A DNA stretch of 64,000 nt from the human T2T-CHM13v2.0 reference genome, Homo sapiens (GCF_009914755.1 NC_060928.1); one strand, 5' to 3'. Positions 1 through 13,652 are shown, counted from the first letter of the stretch. Notes: generated from the sequence alone by a model not told the origin. Made by a program: numbers and translations.

Positions 1-119
1 GTGGGAACAACTACAAAGATCATATGGTGGGCAGAGCGCTGTGCATTTCTAGTAGGCACATCCAAAGATGACAACGACTGGTCAACTGTTTCCAGGTATC
101 ATTTGTTTTAGCTACATAG

Positions 120-720
120 TGATCTAGGAGTTAAGAAAAAATCACTTAGGCGGACAGAAAGGGTAGGGGAGTCCTTGGTAAGGCCTTTGTTTTCAATGAA
201 AAGCAGCCCCACATCATATTCTATCAAGGAGCAGCCTGTAAAGTTGAGCTGCAGACATAGACTAGCCACCTGGGAGCTTGCATGGTGAATACTGGCAGGA
301 ACTAGGGACTAGACATGTTCAAGATGGGCTCCATCTTCCCTTCTCTTTGTCAACCACCTGTACTGTAAGGAGCAAACAAAATGGCACTGATCAACTGGAA
401 AGGCCATTTGCATAATAAGATTGGGGTAGGGCAACCAGCCTTCCCGCTCACTATGTACACGTTATACGTGATGGAACCAATCCCTGAGCCCTATGGAAAT
501 CAGACCCTGCCTCCTCAAACCTGATGATAAAATTGGGCGCATCAGCCACCCGTCCCCTCAAAGGCCCCTCTCTCTGTGGAGAGAGCTGTTTTCTCTTTCT
601 CTTTTCTTCTGCCTTTTAAAGCTCCACTCCTAAACTCCTCGTGTGTGTCCATGTCCCAAATTTTCCTGGCACGCAACAAGGAACCCCAGGGTATATACCC
701 CAGACAATGTAGCCGCTTCA
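120..720 (+). mobile_element. Solo ERV1 LTR, LTR9-like (copy 1)
   Basis: Begins TGATCTAGGAGTTAAG and ends GCCGCTTCA. Homologous to copies at 50163-50789 and 52769-53391. No PBS follows. Family name is from recalled consensus. Confidence 0.75.
406..413 (+). promoter_or_regulatory. Octamer (POU/OCT) motif ATTTGCAT inside LTR9-like copy 1
   Basis: Exact ATTTGCAT followed by AATAAGA. Function not shown. Confidence 0.45.
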
Positions 721-724
721 GTCG

Positions 725-860
725 CATATCTTAATCCCCTAAGAACTCCCAATATCCCCATTTTACAGGAGAGGAAACCAATGGCCAGAAAGATGCAGCT
801 TTCCAAGATCACCCAGGAAATAAAGGATGGAGCTAAGAGTGGGTCACTTCCCGACTCAAT
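725..860 (-). mobile_element. MIR fragment
   Basis: MIR core CCCATTTTACAGGAGAGGAAAC...CCAAGATCACCCAG. Confidence 0.65.
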
Positions 861-967
861 TTATGCTACCTTGTCTCAGAAGAGGATGCCTCTGAGGCGG
901 GCATGTAGTTGCCCCTGCAGGACCAAGACAATGGGGCCAGCTGGATTCCACTTTATACAACCAATAT

Positions 968-1307
968 GGTCTGTGTCTGTTTGGATTTCTATCTCAGAAT
1001 GCAATAGACAGAGTGGCTTATAAGCAATGAAGGATTTATTTCTCACAGTTGTGGAGGTGAAGGAGTCCAAGGTCAAGGTGCAGGGAGATTTGGCATCTGG
1101 TGAGGGCTACTGTCCGGGCTTCTGGATGGCGCCTTCTCACTGTGGCCTCCCGTGGCTGAAGGGGACAGGAGCCCTCTCCTTTATAAGGGCAATAAGCCCT
1201 TCCTGGCCTAATCGCCTTCCAAAGGCCGTGCCTCCTAATACTGTCTTCCTGGGGATTAGAGTTTTAACATGAATTTGGGAGGGACTTAACCATTCAGTCC
1301 AGAGCGG
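968..1307 (-). mobile_element. MaLR LTR (MLT1A-like)
   Basis: ATTTATTTCTCACAGTT...AGTCCAAGGTCAAGG...AACATGAATTTGGGAGGGAC...CATTCAGTCC, typical of reverse MLT1A. Confidence 0.75.
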
Positions 1308-2131
1308 ATATTATGTCCCAGAATCCTCTAGCTGTGATGGAGCCACGCCGACCTCTGTGGTCTCCGCACCTCCGCAGTGCAGGCCAGGCGTCTTCTGACT
1401 CAGCTCCAGCCGCAGAGCCCTGCTGCTCTCACAAACAGCCCTGCTGTCTGCGACCGTAAAAGCACAGCCTCCAACTGGGGAGAGTGCGAGGGACGTTTTC
1501 ACAGGTACACCGTTTTAGTCATAATTTATTATGCTTTTGATTATGAAGATATTTGAATGGCTCAAACCATGATGCCAAGGAAGGAATAACATGTAAAATA
1601 CATTTACTCGATGTCATGCTCTGAAATCCCTCAAGCTCCTACACAGAAAAAATAAATTATACTTGTGAATAAAGCCTGTGGTAGGAGGAGGTGCTGTTTC
1701 CAATCTGTCACGGTTCCAGCTCCTCAGGCCTTGCAGTCTCAACAGCACCGACCCCAGTAGCTGCCTCCTGTGGACTCTTGACTTGCCACAAAAGCTGATT
1801 TTTTTCCCAATTAAATCTTCAAGGTTTGCTGATGATTTATTGATGTAACAATCATACATTGTGGTGCCTTATAAATACACAGTATCGTAATAGCAAACGT
1901 AGGTGCCAAGTCAAATGAGACATGTCCCTGAGCTCAAGAAGCTCACGGGTGTGATGGTGGAAAGAAGAGGCTTATCGTGGCAGATGGTAGCATAAAAGGA
2001 AACTCATGGGGGCGACGGTGGTAGAAAAAGAGGCTCATGGGGTGGGTTTTAATGAGTGTCCTGACAACAGAAGCGCCAGGAGTCATGAAGATCTAGGATT
2101 GCAGGAAGCCCCCTGCACTGCATGACCTCAC

Positions 2132-2439
2132 TTTTCTCTTCTTTCTTTTTTTGTAGGTAGGGGGTCTTGTTTTGCCGCCCAGGCTGGGGTGCAGTAGCGT
2201 GATGATGGCTCACTGCAGCCTGGGACTCCTGGGCTGAAATGATCCTCCCACCTCAGCCTCCCAAGCAGGTGGGACCACAGGCACGTACCACCACATCCAG
2301 CTAATCTTTTATTTATTTTTTGGAGTGACGACATCACACTGTGTTGCCCAGGCTGGTCTGCAATTCCTGGCCTCAAGTGATCCTCCTGCCTTGGCTTCCC
2401 AACATGCTGGAATTACAGGCGTGACCCACTGCATCCAGC
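2132..2439 (-). mobile_element. Alu (AluJ-like)
   Basis: T-rich tail and a diverged two-arm Alu body. Degenerate TSD CATGACCTCACTT / CATCACCTCGCTT. Confidence 0.9.
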
Positions 2440-3089
2440 ATCACCTCGCTTCTCTATGTTAACCTGTGGCAGTCTGATACCCACTCCCAGGCCGCCCCCA
2501 GGTCTGTTCTTGGTGAGCCAAGCTGCCTGAATGAGTGATCATTTGGGTCATCAGGAACTTGACCATATTGCCTGTCAGTTTTGTTTCAACGGCTTTTCAT
2601 GTTTCAGTTCTTTTGCAGGCCCCCTCCTTTTCGAAGATCTTTCTTTCCATGCTTTTGCCTGACTTCATGGCTCCTCGCTCCCCGCATCACGCCGTGGTGG
2701 TGCCTGGATGCGTGACGATGTACTGACCACATTCTGCGGCAATCACTGTTCGTGAAGCTGCCTCCCCTCCTAGACTGAAAACTCTTCGAAGATGGGACCA
2801 TATGGTTTCTATCACCAAAACCAACATAATAGCAAAGAGTAGGCATTTGATAAGTGTTTATAAAAGGAAAATACACAAATAATACCTGTCTACCCAAATA
2901 AGTGATTGTATTTTTCCGGATGCATATGATCAAAACCCAGTGTCTGTGCTTTGTAACCCTGTCCCCAAGCCCTGCGCTCAACAATACAGCTAACACAACT
3001 TACTGCATTTGAGTGTAAAGGTTAGTGTATAGCCCTAGGAAAGCATTTTCACCCACAGTATGAGTGGTGCATATTCACATGCACTGTGA

Positions 3090-3871
3090 CAGCTCCATGC
3101 ATGTTATCACCCTGAAGACCTTCCAGTGGGACAATATGTGGAGGTGGAAGGCAGTGCTATTGATGGTCCCGACCCTGTGTAGGCCTAGGCTAGTGTAGGT
3201 GTTTGTGACTTTGTTTATGATGAGCTAGTTTACAGAGTCAAAAAAAAAATTAAATACAAAAAGGCTGAAAGAATAAAGATATAAAGAAAGAAAATATTTT
3301 TGTACAGCTGTACAATGTGTTTGCATTTTAAGCTAAGTGTAATTACGAGTCATTTTTGTAATTAAAAAGTTTGACATTACAGTAAGCAAAGGTTAATCAT
3401 TATTGAAGAAAGAAAAAGTATTTCTTATAAATTTAGTGTAGCATGAGTGTCTAGTGTTTATAAAGGGGTGTACAATAGCGTCCCAGGCCTCCACATCCAC
3501 TCGCCATTCACTCAGAGACTCACCCCAGCAACTTCCAGTCCTGCTAGCTCCATTCGTGGTTAAGCGCCCTATAGAAGTGTACCATTTTCCACTTTTTATA
3601 CCATGTTTTTACTGTACCTTTTCTCTGTTTATTATGTTTAGATACATAAATACGTACCATTGTGTTCCAGCTGCCTGCAGTGTTCAGTAGCGTCCCCTGC
3701 TGGGCAGGTGTGTATCCCGGGAGCAACAGGCTGTACCATGTGGCCCGGGTGTGGAGGAGGCTGCGCCGTCTGGGTTTGTATGAGTGCACTCTATGATGTT
3801 CACACAGTGGCAAAATCACCTAAGGATGCATTTCTCAGAACGTATTCCCTTCATTAAGTGACACGTGACTG
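3090..3871 (+). mobile_element. Tigger3b/MER7B-like DNA transposon remnant, 5'-truncated
   Basis: Ends ...TTAAGTGACACGTGACTG followed by TA. Its 3' part is homologous to the Tigger3a copy at 58379-58707. Left boundary approximate. Confidence 0.8.
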
Positions 3872-5832
3872 TACGTATAATTGGATTATTCTAGAGGTGA
3901 CTAAAATTACTATTTGGAAATGTTAATTAAGCAACACATGTGACAAATATATACCAAGATTTCTGTGAAATTCAGCCCTCCGTGGCTGAGGTCCGCAATA
4001 CACAGCCGTCTCTAAGCACCTGGCTTGAGAGTTCCCGCAAAGCAGTAGCCTTGGCTTTGGCCTCTGTGTACCCTATCGCCCTGCACAGTTTCTGATACGT
4101 TGAAGGCTTCCAGTAAAGGAAACACTAACACTTAATAGTATGGATGAGGAATCCAGAGTTCTTTGTTTATTTACAGTTTTAAACAATGAAGTCCACAAAA
4201 ACTAAAAGAGTAAGAGGCTGCCTGTTTATTAAAAGCAGCATTCTATTAGGAAAGCATGTATGTACTGCTGCTGGTGCCTTTGCAGACTTTGAGTGTGTGT
4301 GTGCGTGTGTGTGTCAAACTGTGGGAGTCAACTGCAGCACAGAAATCACCACCCAGAGGGGGCTTCTCCAAGTGCGCAAGCTCAGCAGAGGAAGCCTCAG
4401 CCCTGCGGAAGCTCAGGGAGGGTGAGGATGGAGGCTGGGAGATATTTCCTCACAGCTCCTCTTGTGCCTTCTCTCTCTTCCCTCCCTACTTGACCCTGCC
4501 CACTCCTTCAGTCCCTCATTGTAACCCACTGTCTTTTCAAAGGTACATCATTCTTACATTTGGATTTTAAAATGTGTGACGAAAGCTAGAATGCAACCCA
4601 GGAGCAGGAGCTCTGCACTAACAGGAGAGGGCTCCTTCTGGTTTCCATGTTCCACACACCTTTTTCATTAGGCCAAAAGTCACCAAGGGTGCAATGGGAG
4701 CTGGACTATGCTGTCCCCTTTGACAACATGATTTCACAGAGTGCTTCCTGCGCCGATGCAGAGAACTGTCGCCAGATTCGTGAGCAATAATGGTATGAAC
4801 AGCCATTAATTAGAGAGGGAGATTAGCTTAAACAAAAGGGGATTGAATTTAGACCCACTCATTATCTTTTCCATTGTTAGCTCTATTGAACTCCATTGTG
4901 GTCGGGATAAGAACAAGAGAAATGGGGATTGTGTGGAGTATGAATCAATTAACACATATATGCCTGCTGTGTGCACACATTGCCCTTTAAGAGATAAAGA
5001 AAAATGAGACATGATGGTATAGAACATACACACACAGAGGTAAAGACGAAAAAGACAGACTCAGATTCCACCTTTTTCTTTCTTGATTATGGAACCTTGT
5101 TTTTTCTCTATACTTAGCTGTAGCCCCTCTCCTCCTCTCAAACATAGAGTTCTACATAGAAACTTTTTCTTCTGCCGTAAAATCAGTAAGCTCTCTTGGG
5201 ACAGTTTGCAAAGTATTAGATTTTACTCAATTAGAATTGTTCGCATAGGGCATGGCAGAGTGGTTCTCATTCCTATCAGACCAAGGCCCTCTTTAAGACA
5301 TAAAACTGTTTGTGTTTTACCTTGAAATGAAATCATTAGATAATGTAATTTACCTGAACACCAACTTTAATAACAACATAAGAAAACTCTCAAGCATTGT
5401 TTATATAATAGTGAACATAGCTGCTTTCCAAATTACAAAAAGAAAACAAAAATCAATATAATGCCGCAACAGTGAATATAGAAGAGAAGTAAAAGGAAGA
5501 AAAATAACATTTAAGGAATAATAAATATATAATTTCTCTGATTCTTTTCTTTGTTTCATACAAGATGGGTAATTTTTAGATTATCTCTTATTGAAATGAT
5601 GAGTAGTAGATTGTCTTTAAAATACTTTCACATACTATTAACCAGAAAATCAAATGATAATAATTTCTGCACCTTTGCTGGGACACACACTTTTTTGATC
5701 ATCAGATGGACTTTTCCCCATGAAAAATGTGCAAATGCACGCAACACTCACAAACAAATGTTTCTGTATGTTTTGTGACCCAGATCCCTCTGGCATCCCA
5801 ATGACGAGGACTTCAGCATCACTTTCAAATGC

Positions 5833-6368
5833 AAACTGACTATGCTTACTACACCCTTCCTTCCATTGTCCATCATCCAAACTGACTATGCTCACTACAC
5901 CCTTCCTTCCATTGTCCATCATTCAAACTATGCTCACTACACCCCTTCCCTCCGTTGTCCATCATTCAAACTATGCTCACTACACCCCTTCCCTCCATTG
6001 TCCATCATTCAAACCGACTATGCTCGCTACACCCCTTCCTTCCATAACTGACTATGCTCACTACACCCCTTCCCTCCATTGTCCATCATTCAAACTGACT
6101 ATGCTCACTACACCCTTCCTATCATTGTCCATCATTCAAACTGACTATGCTCACTACACCCTTCCTTCCATTGTCCATCATTCAAACTGACTATGCTCAC
6201 TACACCTTTCCTATCATTGTCCATCATTCAAACTGACTATGCTTACTACACCCTTCCTTCCATTATCTATCATTCCAACTGACTATGCTCACTACACCCC
6301 TTCCTTCCATTGTCCATCATTCAAACTATGCTCACTACACCCTTTCCTCCATTGTCCCATCATTCAAC
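5833..6368. repeat. Minisatellite, ~46-bp unit, ~12 copies
   Basis: Unit AACTGACTATGCTCACTACACCCTTCCTTCCATTGTCCATCATTCA, with 42-43-bp variants lacking CTGA and one truncated unit. Confidence 0.95.
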
Positions 6369-6532
6369 TAGACATGTGTTCAGATATTTAAGGTTATCTA
6401 TAAAGGTTTAATTTGTTTTTCCTAATGTCTGTCTACCCCTTCCCTCAATTGTCCCATCATTCAACTCTATACATATTCAGATATTTAAGGTTATCTATAA
6501 AGGTTTAATTTGTTTCTCCAAATGTCTCTGTA
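6340..6532. repeat. 97-bp two-copy tandem duplication
   Basis: CAGATATTTAAGGTTATCTATAAAGGTTTAATTTGTTT occurs at 6381 and 6478. Confidence 0.9.
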
Positions 6533-6914
6533 CAGGTACAATATTAAGAAATTAGTCATCTAAAGTCCATATTTTTAAAAATCATTATAAATATATAATA
6601 ATTTTATGAGCACACCAAAGTACAGTAATTCCTTCTCATCATGGTTCTCTTTATGCAAAATTCGAATGGGTACAGATTTTTGTTTGAATACCTTTTTTTC
6701 TTAAATGTGGGAATTATATATATATATATATACACACTCAAGTTGCCACCATGTCATATAATGGAATATCTCTCCAGGTAGAAGAGATCTCTGATTATTC
6801 ATCTTTGTCTTCATTCTCTCTGTTGCCATCTACCCAATTGGTAATATATTATCTTTAATTTTATTTTCTTTTATTACATTTCATTGTGTGTTTAACTAGT
6901 CATTTAACTAGCAT

Positions 6915-7165
6915 TTATATAGCATATATGTGGAGCTTATTATATGCCAGGAATTGTTCCAATCACTTTACTGATACTAATTCATTAACTCCTTCCAATA
7001 ATTTTATGAGATAATTGCAATTGTTATCTCGGTTTTACAGATGAAGCAACTGAGGGACAAGAGGTTAAATAATGTGCCCAAGATCGTAAAGCTAGTTACC
7101 ACCAGAGCTGTAATCAGAGCTGTAATCAGAGCCCAGTTAGTCTGGCTCCAGAGTTAGTCCTTAAA
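6915..7165 (-). mobile_element. MIR
   Basis: TTATATGCCAGG...GTTTTACAGATGAAGCAACTGAGG...CCCAAGATC...CTGGCTCCAGAG. Confidence 0.8.
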
Positions 7166-7188
7166 ATCGATTATCACTCACTTTTCTG

Positions 7189-7196
7189 TTGTGTGT

Positions 7197-7226
<30 letters not shown>
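7189..7226. repeat. (TG)n microsatellite
   Basis: Direct reading. Confidence 0.95.
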
Positions 7227-7228
<2 letters not shown>

Positions 7229-7692
7229 CTCACATGCTGCTTAGGTAGTCCCCACGATATTGACCAGGAAGTGGATTCTGGATTTTAGTTGTTTTACACA
7301 GGAAATGTCATGCTGTCCTTTAGAGAGATCCATTACATCTTGGACCTAAACATGAGACTCTCTTTCTGCCAAACAGGATTTAAAATGCCGATCCAATGAC
7401 CATAGAATAGAATGTGCTCATGGTGGCTGAGGAAATGCAGAACCAGGGAGAGTATTGGAAACAGTCCTGTAATTAGATACACGGAAAACTGCAGCATCAA
7501 AAAACACGGTATGATCCTTAAGACGTGTGTTTTAAAAAAGTTTCATGAAAATAAACTGGTAAAAAACACTGAACACTTTAAGGAACTACTTTGAATGTGT
7601 ACAGAAACAATAGGCCTTCTAATAACGTTTGGTTGATTTGCTACAAGTTTGTAAAGATATGAAAAGGTTCCAATACAATGTATGGAAGCGTA

Positions 7693-7900
7693 CATTCATT
7701 CATTCAACAGATTTTTGTGTAAGTCCCTGTGTGTCCACTGTTCCAAAGAGAATGAGGCAAAACGTCCGCCCTCATGGGCCTTACATTCTAGTAGGAAACA
7801 TTTGCAAGATAAATAAGTTAGTTTACAACATGTCAGGGAATAAACAGTGAGAAGGAAAATAAAGCAGGAAGAAGGGATGAGACGGGGCAGCATTTTAGAT
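7693..7900 (-). mobile_element. L2 3'-end fragment
   Basis: CATTCATTCATTCAACA tail, then CCCTCATGGGCCTTACATTCTAGTAGG. Confidence 0.7.
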
Positions 7901-8416
7901 CGGTAGTTTTTAAACAAACAGATCATTGTTTTCTATAAATATTTATTCCAAAATACCACATAACGATATCTTTCTTCTGTTTCCTGGTCTTCTCCTTTCT
8001 CTTCAACATAGCTAATTTAAAAGGACATTTTGATCCCTAATTAACATTTCGCCCTGATATCCAGACAATATCTATCCTGTGAATCCCTATGCGTTCGCAA
8101 GTTACTCTTCGACGCAGCCGTTGCCGGTGGCCTCAATTTCCATTCCACATTCACACTTTAGAGTCCTCTGTCTTCTGCTAAGCACTCCAGAAAGCTCTGG
8201 GAGGGAGAGGTAAAGTTGCTGATACTGTAGACCTTGCTGGCACATTTCCTAGGGTGCTGAAGCACCACCCTTGGGCTCCTGAATGACAGGAGAAAGAAAA
8301 CAGTTAACTCACTGTGAGCCTTGGATGGTGGAATAATAATCACGGCATTTGGGGATAGCTGCAGATGCTGAATCTGAGCCCCTCACTTCTACGCTGGGTA
8401 AGCTGAGGTGTGTCAC

Positions 8417-8825
8417 TGCAGGACAGCTCTCCAGGTGGCCTTGGAAGATGTCCTGGGAATGCAACACTCTGAGATAAGGGTGAGCAGGCTGGAATTCTCA
8501 GGCTCTGTTCCCACCCTCCCCTAGAAACGGGACGTCCTTCAATTCTGGAGCTCCTTGCATCATGTTCCCCCGTGGTGTAAAACCCAGTGTGGGCTGCATT
8601 TCAGGGTCCCTCATCTACAGCACAACGGGGGCACACACAGTCAAAGCTCCATCCACCCCGGCAGCTTTCTGAGTCTCGAGGAAGCAGCTCCCACAAACTC
8701 CTGTTGTTCCTTGCTGCCTATCCACAAGCATCAAATCTGCGTCATGTGAGTTGATGCCTGGGAGTGTGCTCTCCCTCCACAGACTCAGGCACGCCAGTCA
8801 CCGCTCACAGTGAGCCTGCCTCACA
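8417..8825 (+). mobile_element. Solo ERVL-type LTR (LTR47-like) inserted into a MIR
   Basis: TG...CA termini. Contains TCCAGGTGGCCTTGG, CTGGGAATGCAACA and a CAGTGAGCCTGCCTCACA end. MIR-like sequence resumes after it (TGTAAAATGAAAAT...GTGAGGGTTA). Confidence 0.65.
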
Positions 8826-9669
8826 GGTCATTCTTTTAATTTGTAAAATGAAAATGCTTTTATCTTCCCTTCAGGATACTGTGAGGGTTACATAGAATAA
8901 TTTACACAATGTCATTAAAACACATATGAACACTTCAACAAATGTTGATTCCGTTCACCCCTACTCACCCCTGCCAGCTCATGCAAACTTTTTTGCTTTG
9001 TGAGTAAAAAGAAAAAAAAAAATACACACTGTGAACTGACAGAGAGATTCCAGGTGGCTGGTGTTGGGTGCCTAAAAGGTCACCAAATTAATGGTTCTAC
9101 TGTTTAAAATTCGTTTTCGAATCGCTGTGAATGGGCAGATAAGACATTCATAGACTGGAGTTGCAGCCTGGGCAACACATTGAGCAAATAGGTGAGATTA
9201 ATTATTTCCATCCCGTTCAAACCCTTAATGAATGCTTTTCGGGAGACGAGAATGGTGGGGAGGGTTTTTCTGCACAACCACGGAATCAAGTTAGAGCAGC
9301 CAGATCACATCAAGTTTTGTGTCTTTCAACTTTTGAAAGACAACCTTTAAGACTGCAACAGGGGTACCTGGACAAAAAAGAGATAGTCTTATGACAGTAT
9401 AGATGAGGAAGAGGCAGGCTAGTCGGCAATACTCTTTGACCAGGCCCAAGGATGGAGGCTGAGTAAACAAGGTCAGCCAGCATCAGCAAGAAGGAGGACC
9501 CCAAACAAAATCAATCGACTCATCTTTGCAGCTCTCACAACTATGTCCTGGAACATTTAGATTTCATATCTCCTTTTCTACAAAGTTAATTGTGGTCTGC
9601 TTTGTAGATGTGGTGAAGAAATATAAAATAAATATGTAAACAGGCTTGCATGTTTTTTAAATTAAAATA

Positions 9670-9897
9670 CAGGTCCTCCTAGACTTCCAGTGGGGTTACA
9701 GCCTGATAAACTAATGATAAGTCTAAAATATCATAAATCAAAATGCATTTAATACCTTGATAAACCCATGATAAACTCAAAATATCCTAAGGTAAACCAT
9801 TGTAAGTCCAGATGCTCCTTGACCTACGATGGGGTTACGTCCCAATAAACCTATTGTAAGTCAAAAAATCCTAAATTCAAGTTAGTCAGGGTTTGTG
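9670..9897 (+). mobile_element. MER47/Tigger5-family MITE
   Basis: TA-preceded CAGGTCCTCCTAGACTTCCAGTGGGGTTACA, plus an internal repeat CAGATGCTCCTTGACCTACGATGGGGTTACGTCCCAATAAACC. Confidence 0.75.
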
Positions 9898-10029
9898 TTT
9901 CTTTCTCTTAGTTCTCCAAACATTCATGTTGAAGGACCTAGAGAGGAACGCAGGGGAGATTTTAGAAAGACATAAAGGAAGTTTGCAAGAACGTATCCTT
10001 TATGTCCCATGGTTTCTTTTATGAACGTA

Positions 10030-10992
10030 AACTTTTTATTTAGTATAATATGCATCCAGAGATGTGGATGGATTACAAGTGGTACAGCTCAACAAACTTG
10101 CACAAAACAATCACAACCATCTAGTCAGCACCTGGATCAAGAAACAGAGAGCATTACTGCGCCCCCAAAACCTTCCTGGTGCCCTTCCAGTCACTACCTG
10201 AGCCTCTACTCTGAGCCTCTAAGACCATAGTAATGTTTTACCAGTTCCTTTTTTTTTTTTTTTTTTGAGATGGAGTCTCACTCTGTCAACAAGATGGAGT
10301 TCAGTGGCGTGATCTCGGCTCACTGCAAACTCTGCCTCCCGAGTTCAAGCAATTCCCACCTCAGCCTCCCGAGTAGTTGGGACTACAGGCACGTACCACC
10401 ACACTCGGTTAATTTTTTTGTAGTTTTAGTAGAGACGGGGTTTCTCTATGTTGGCCAGGCTGGTCTCGAGCTCCTGACCTCGTGATCTGCCCACCTCGGC
10501 CTCCCAAAGTGCTGGGATTACAGGCCTGAGCCACTACACCCAGCCAGTTTTACCAGTTCTTAAACTTAAGTCAATGTAATTGTACAGTATGTACTGTTGT
10601 ATGTGCTTCTTGTCTACAACATGGCATTTGTGAGATGCACCTGTGCTGTAGCGTGTAGTCGTTTGTTCATGCTCATTGCTGCATTGTATCCCAGCTTCAA
10701 AAAAAGTCGACTCTGCTGTTGATGGGCACTTGGTAGTTTCCAGTTGGGAGCTATTGCAAAGAGTGCTGCTATAAACATTTTAATAATATCTATCTTTTGG
10801 TGATCACATGCACACCTTTCCATTGGGAATATGCCTAGGATTGGAATTCTTGGGTTCAGTTATGCCCAGCTTTAGTAAATACAGCAGTGCACACCCCCAG
10901 GAGCAGAGTAGGAGAGTCCCAACTGCTCTACATCCTAGCCAACACTTAATACTGTCTGTATTTTCCATCTTAGCCATTCTAGTTGGTGTCAC
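10030..10992 (-). mobile_element. Old L1 (L1MC/L1ME-type) 3' fragment interrupted by an Alu
   Basis: GTTGATGGGCACTTGGTAGTTTCCAG, GCTGCTATAAACATT, GGAATATGCCTAGGATTGGAATT, TAGCCATTCTAGTTGGTGT. The translation MFIAALFAIAPNWK matches the L1 ORF2 C-terminus. Confidence 0.85.
10249..10545 (-). mobile_element. AluS (Sg/Sc-like)
   Basis: Full two-arm Alu with a poly-T tail. TSD GTTTTACCAGTTC at 10235 and 10547. Confidence 0.95.
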
Positions 10993-11184
10993 ATATATTT
11001 TAAAAGAATATAATCAAGAAAAATGGATTATAAGAGATAAAAGTAATATAACTGACCACTGTTGTGGTGGACCTGGACACCCACATTTTAAACAAACTCC
11101 AATTGCTTTTGGTGCAGATTGTAATGGTACAACAATTACAGAAGCACTGCACCAGTGGAGGAAAACTACAGTTTTTGAAAATTG

Positions 11185-11375
11185 GTATGTGGTAGGCACT
11201 AGATTGAGTGATTTTACTATGTATTTCAAAATAACCCAGATTGGTTAATGTTATTCGCCTCCATTTACAGAGGTGCAATGAAGATTCAGAAAGTCAGGCA
11301 TTTTTCCCATGTTACACATCTTGTCAATCGTAGGGCCAGTGATTCAAACCCAGATCTTTCCTCCCCTGAGCCTAT
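11185..11375 (-). mobile_element. MIR
   Basis: CCATTTACAGAGGTGCAATGAAGATTCAGAAAG...GATTCAAACCCAGATCT. Confidence 0.7.
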
Positions 11376-11699
11376 AACAACCAAGAGGCAATCAATCTCT
11401 TCAGTGCAATTGTTTCTGAGCAGCCATGTCTTGGGTGTGGAATCCCAGATTTGGGTAAAAACTATATCTTTTCAAGATGTGAAATTGTCTCTCCACAAAA
11501 AACGGTCATAGCCAATCTTTATGCAGCAATAGCACAATTTTTGTGCAGCTCTAGTGAGTATTGAAAAGTTCGTAAAGGGCCTGGAAACAGGTATTTACTG
11601 ACATGCCACCTGGTCACGTCCTGGGCCTCGCATAGTTTGTTGTTTGAATCAGTGTGCGGGTGAGTGTGTGTGCCAAAGGGCAGGCTCGTTAAAATTGCA

Positions 11700-12114
11700 G
11701 GTTCATTAGTTATTCAATACTGCCAGACAAGTTACCCCAAATAGGACTGACTTACATTTCTCACAGCTCTCTGGGTGGGCCAAGAGGTGCTTTTGCTGAT
11801 CTTGCATGGGTTCAGCTGTGTTGGATTAAGCTAGAGGGTTGGCTGGGCCTGAGCTCAGCTGGCTGAACCGCAAGAGCTCCTCCTTTTCAGGTCGTCTTTC
11901 AATCTCAAAGAGGATCATTGACTTCCTCTCATGAAGGCAGCGACGTCCCAGGAAAGTGAAGGCAGAAGAGGCAAGACCTCTTGGGGGTCTTTCACTGCAT
12001 TCTGTTAGTCAACGCGAATCACAAGTTCAGCCCAGAGTGAAGGGGTGGAGAAATAGATCATGCCCTGATAGGAAAGCTACAAAATAGCATGGCCATGCTT
12101 TTCAGTCAGCCACA
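11700..12114 (-). mobile_element. Old MaLR LTR (MLT1H/F-type)
   Basis: TTACCCCAAA...ATTTCTCACAG...CATTCTGTTAGTCAA...AGCCCAGA...GGGGTGGAGAAATAGA...CCACA. Confidence 0.7.
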
Positions 12115-13652
12115 GTGGATGAAAACTTGGATATGCCAGCACAAAGGAGAGCTGAATAAACATTAATATTTTACTGGTATCATAACTACTACTAAAATCA
12201 TTAAATATAAAGAAAGCAGTGGTTTTTTAAATTATGTTTCTTAGCATCAATTAAGGCCCTTGAATAAATATCAGCCCAGTGCCAAGTGCACATGTATTCG
12301 TTAAAATCCAGGTACTTATATTACCACAAAACCAAAATGAAGTTCCCAGCAGCGCGTCTCTAAGCTGCCTTGATGCCATTTCTCTCCCTGACCACGGTCA
12401 AGGCCCCAGTAACCTCTTAATGCGACTGCCGGCACTTGTTTTCACATACCTGGACATTTCTGGGTTTCTTCTTCTATTTTCCTTCCAACGCTTCTCTCCC
12501 CACTCAGCTATCTGTAGTTATAACTGGCAATAAATACTCATTGCTTCAAGTTGGCTTTCTTTCTGGTACCCCGACCCTTGAGAGATGATGATACTTGATT
12601 TTCTCTTTTTCTTTGATTTCTGACCCCCTGTCCATCTTTAACCACATCTTGTTGCCTATGTCTCATCTCCTCCTCCATGAGATGGGCCACCCCACTCCAT
12701 TCCTGCATGGAACCTTAGTCCCCGGACTCTGCCTGGCTCAGGGTTAAGGGTCAGACACTTGCTGAGAATGGCAGTTCAGACTCCAACACACTCTCTCAGA
12801 ACCCATTGGATAACTGCAAGGAAAACACACACAAAATAAAACACAACCCAGCAATTCCATACGTGTGCAAACTATGACTGCATTCAAGAAGGCCAAACTT
12901 ACTAGAAGGCATTCACATGAGCATAAATAACAGAATCTAAATCGAAATAGTCATAGTAAAGACTGTGTTCCAAGTTTTTGAACTTTTTATGTTTATTACT
13001 TCGAAAGTACTTGGTTTAGATGGTGCCTAATGAAACAAGAGGATGTAATGATGGTGGATATTGAAGTTCATAAGTTGAGGTTAATTTGACCCAAATGGAA
13101 GCTAATGTGCTGTTGTGGAGGATAGTACAGAGGAAGAATTTAGAAAGATAATCTCAGTGCTATGTGCAGAAGCCACTACTGGCCCCATTTCTAGGGCACT
13201 TCGATGAGAGAGTAAGTAAATGGAAATATCTGAACATAAGAAAGAAGAAGCAACAGACTTGAAGACAAGCCAGCCATAAGTGGAAAAGTGCAGAAAAAGG
13301 ATAAAAATGACCAGAGTTTGCATTTTATGTCACGACTTACACATATGAAAAAGCTGGGAAAAGGACAGGGGAACACAATCCTGCTTTTATGGTGAAGGGG
13401 AGATGTGTGTAGCAGATGCACCTGTGGAAATCACTTAAGCAAAGCCTGAGAATGTACCTGCACCAGATCTGTGTAAACTGCATGCTTTTGACAAATGACA
13501 GTGCTCCTCCTGTCCAGCCTGCCACCGCTCAATGGCCCTGTATGAAAGTTTCCTTAATAAACCCTGTGTCCTGTTCACTGGCTCCAGGTCTTTTCTTCAG
13601 CCTCTTGAACCTGTTGCCATCCCCACCAAAGCCAATAAGGATCCAGCACAAC

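Noticed and set aside
9670-9897. Doubled terminal repeat as a novel compound transposon
   Set aside because: Internal repetition of the terminal sequence is, as I recall, part of MER47-family structure.
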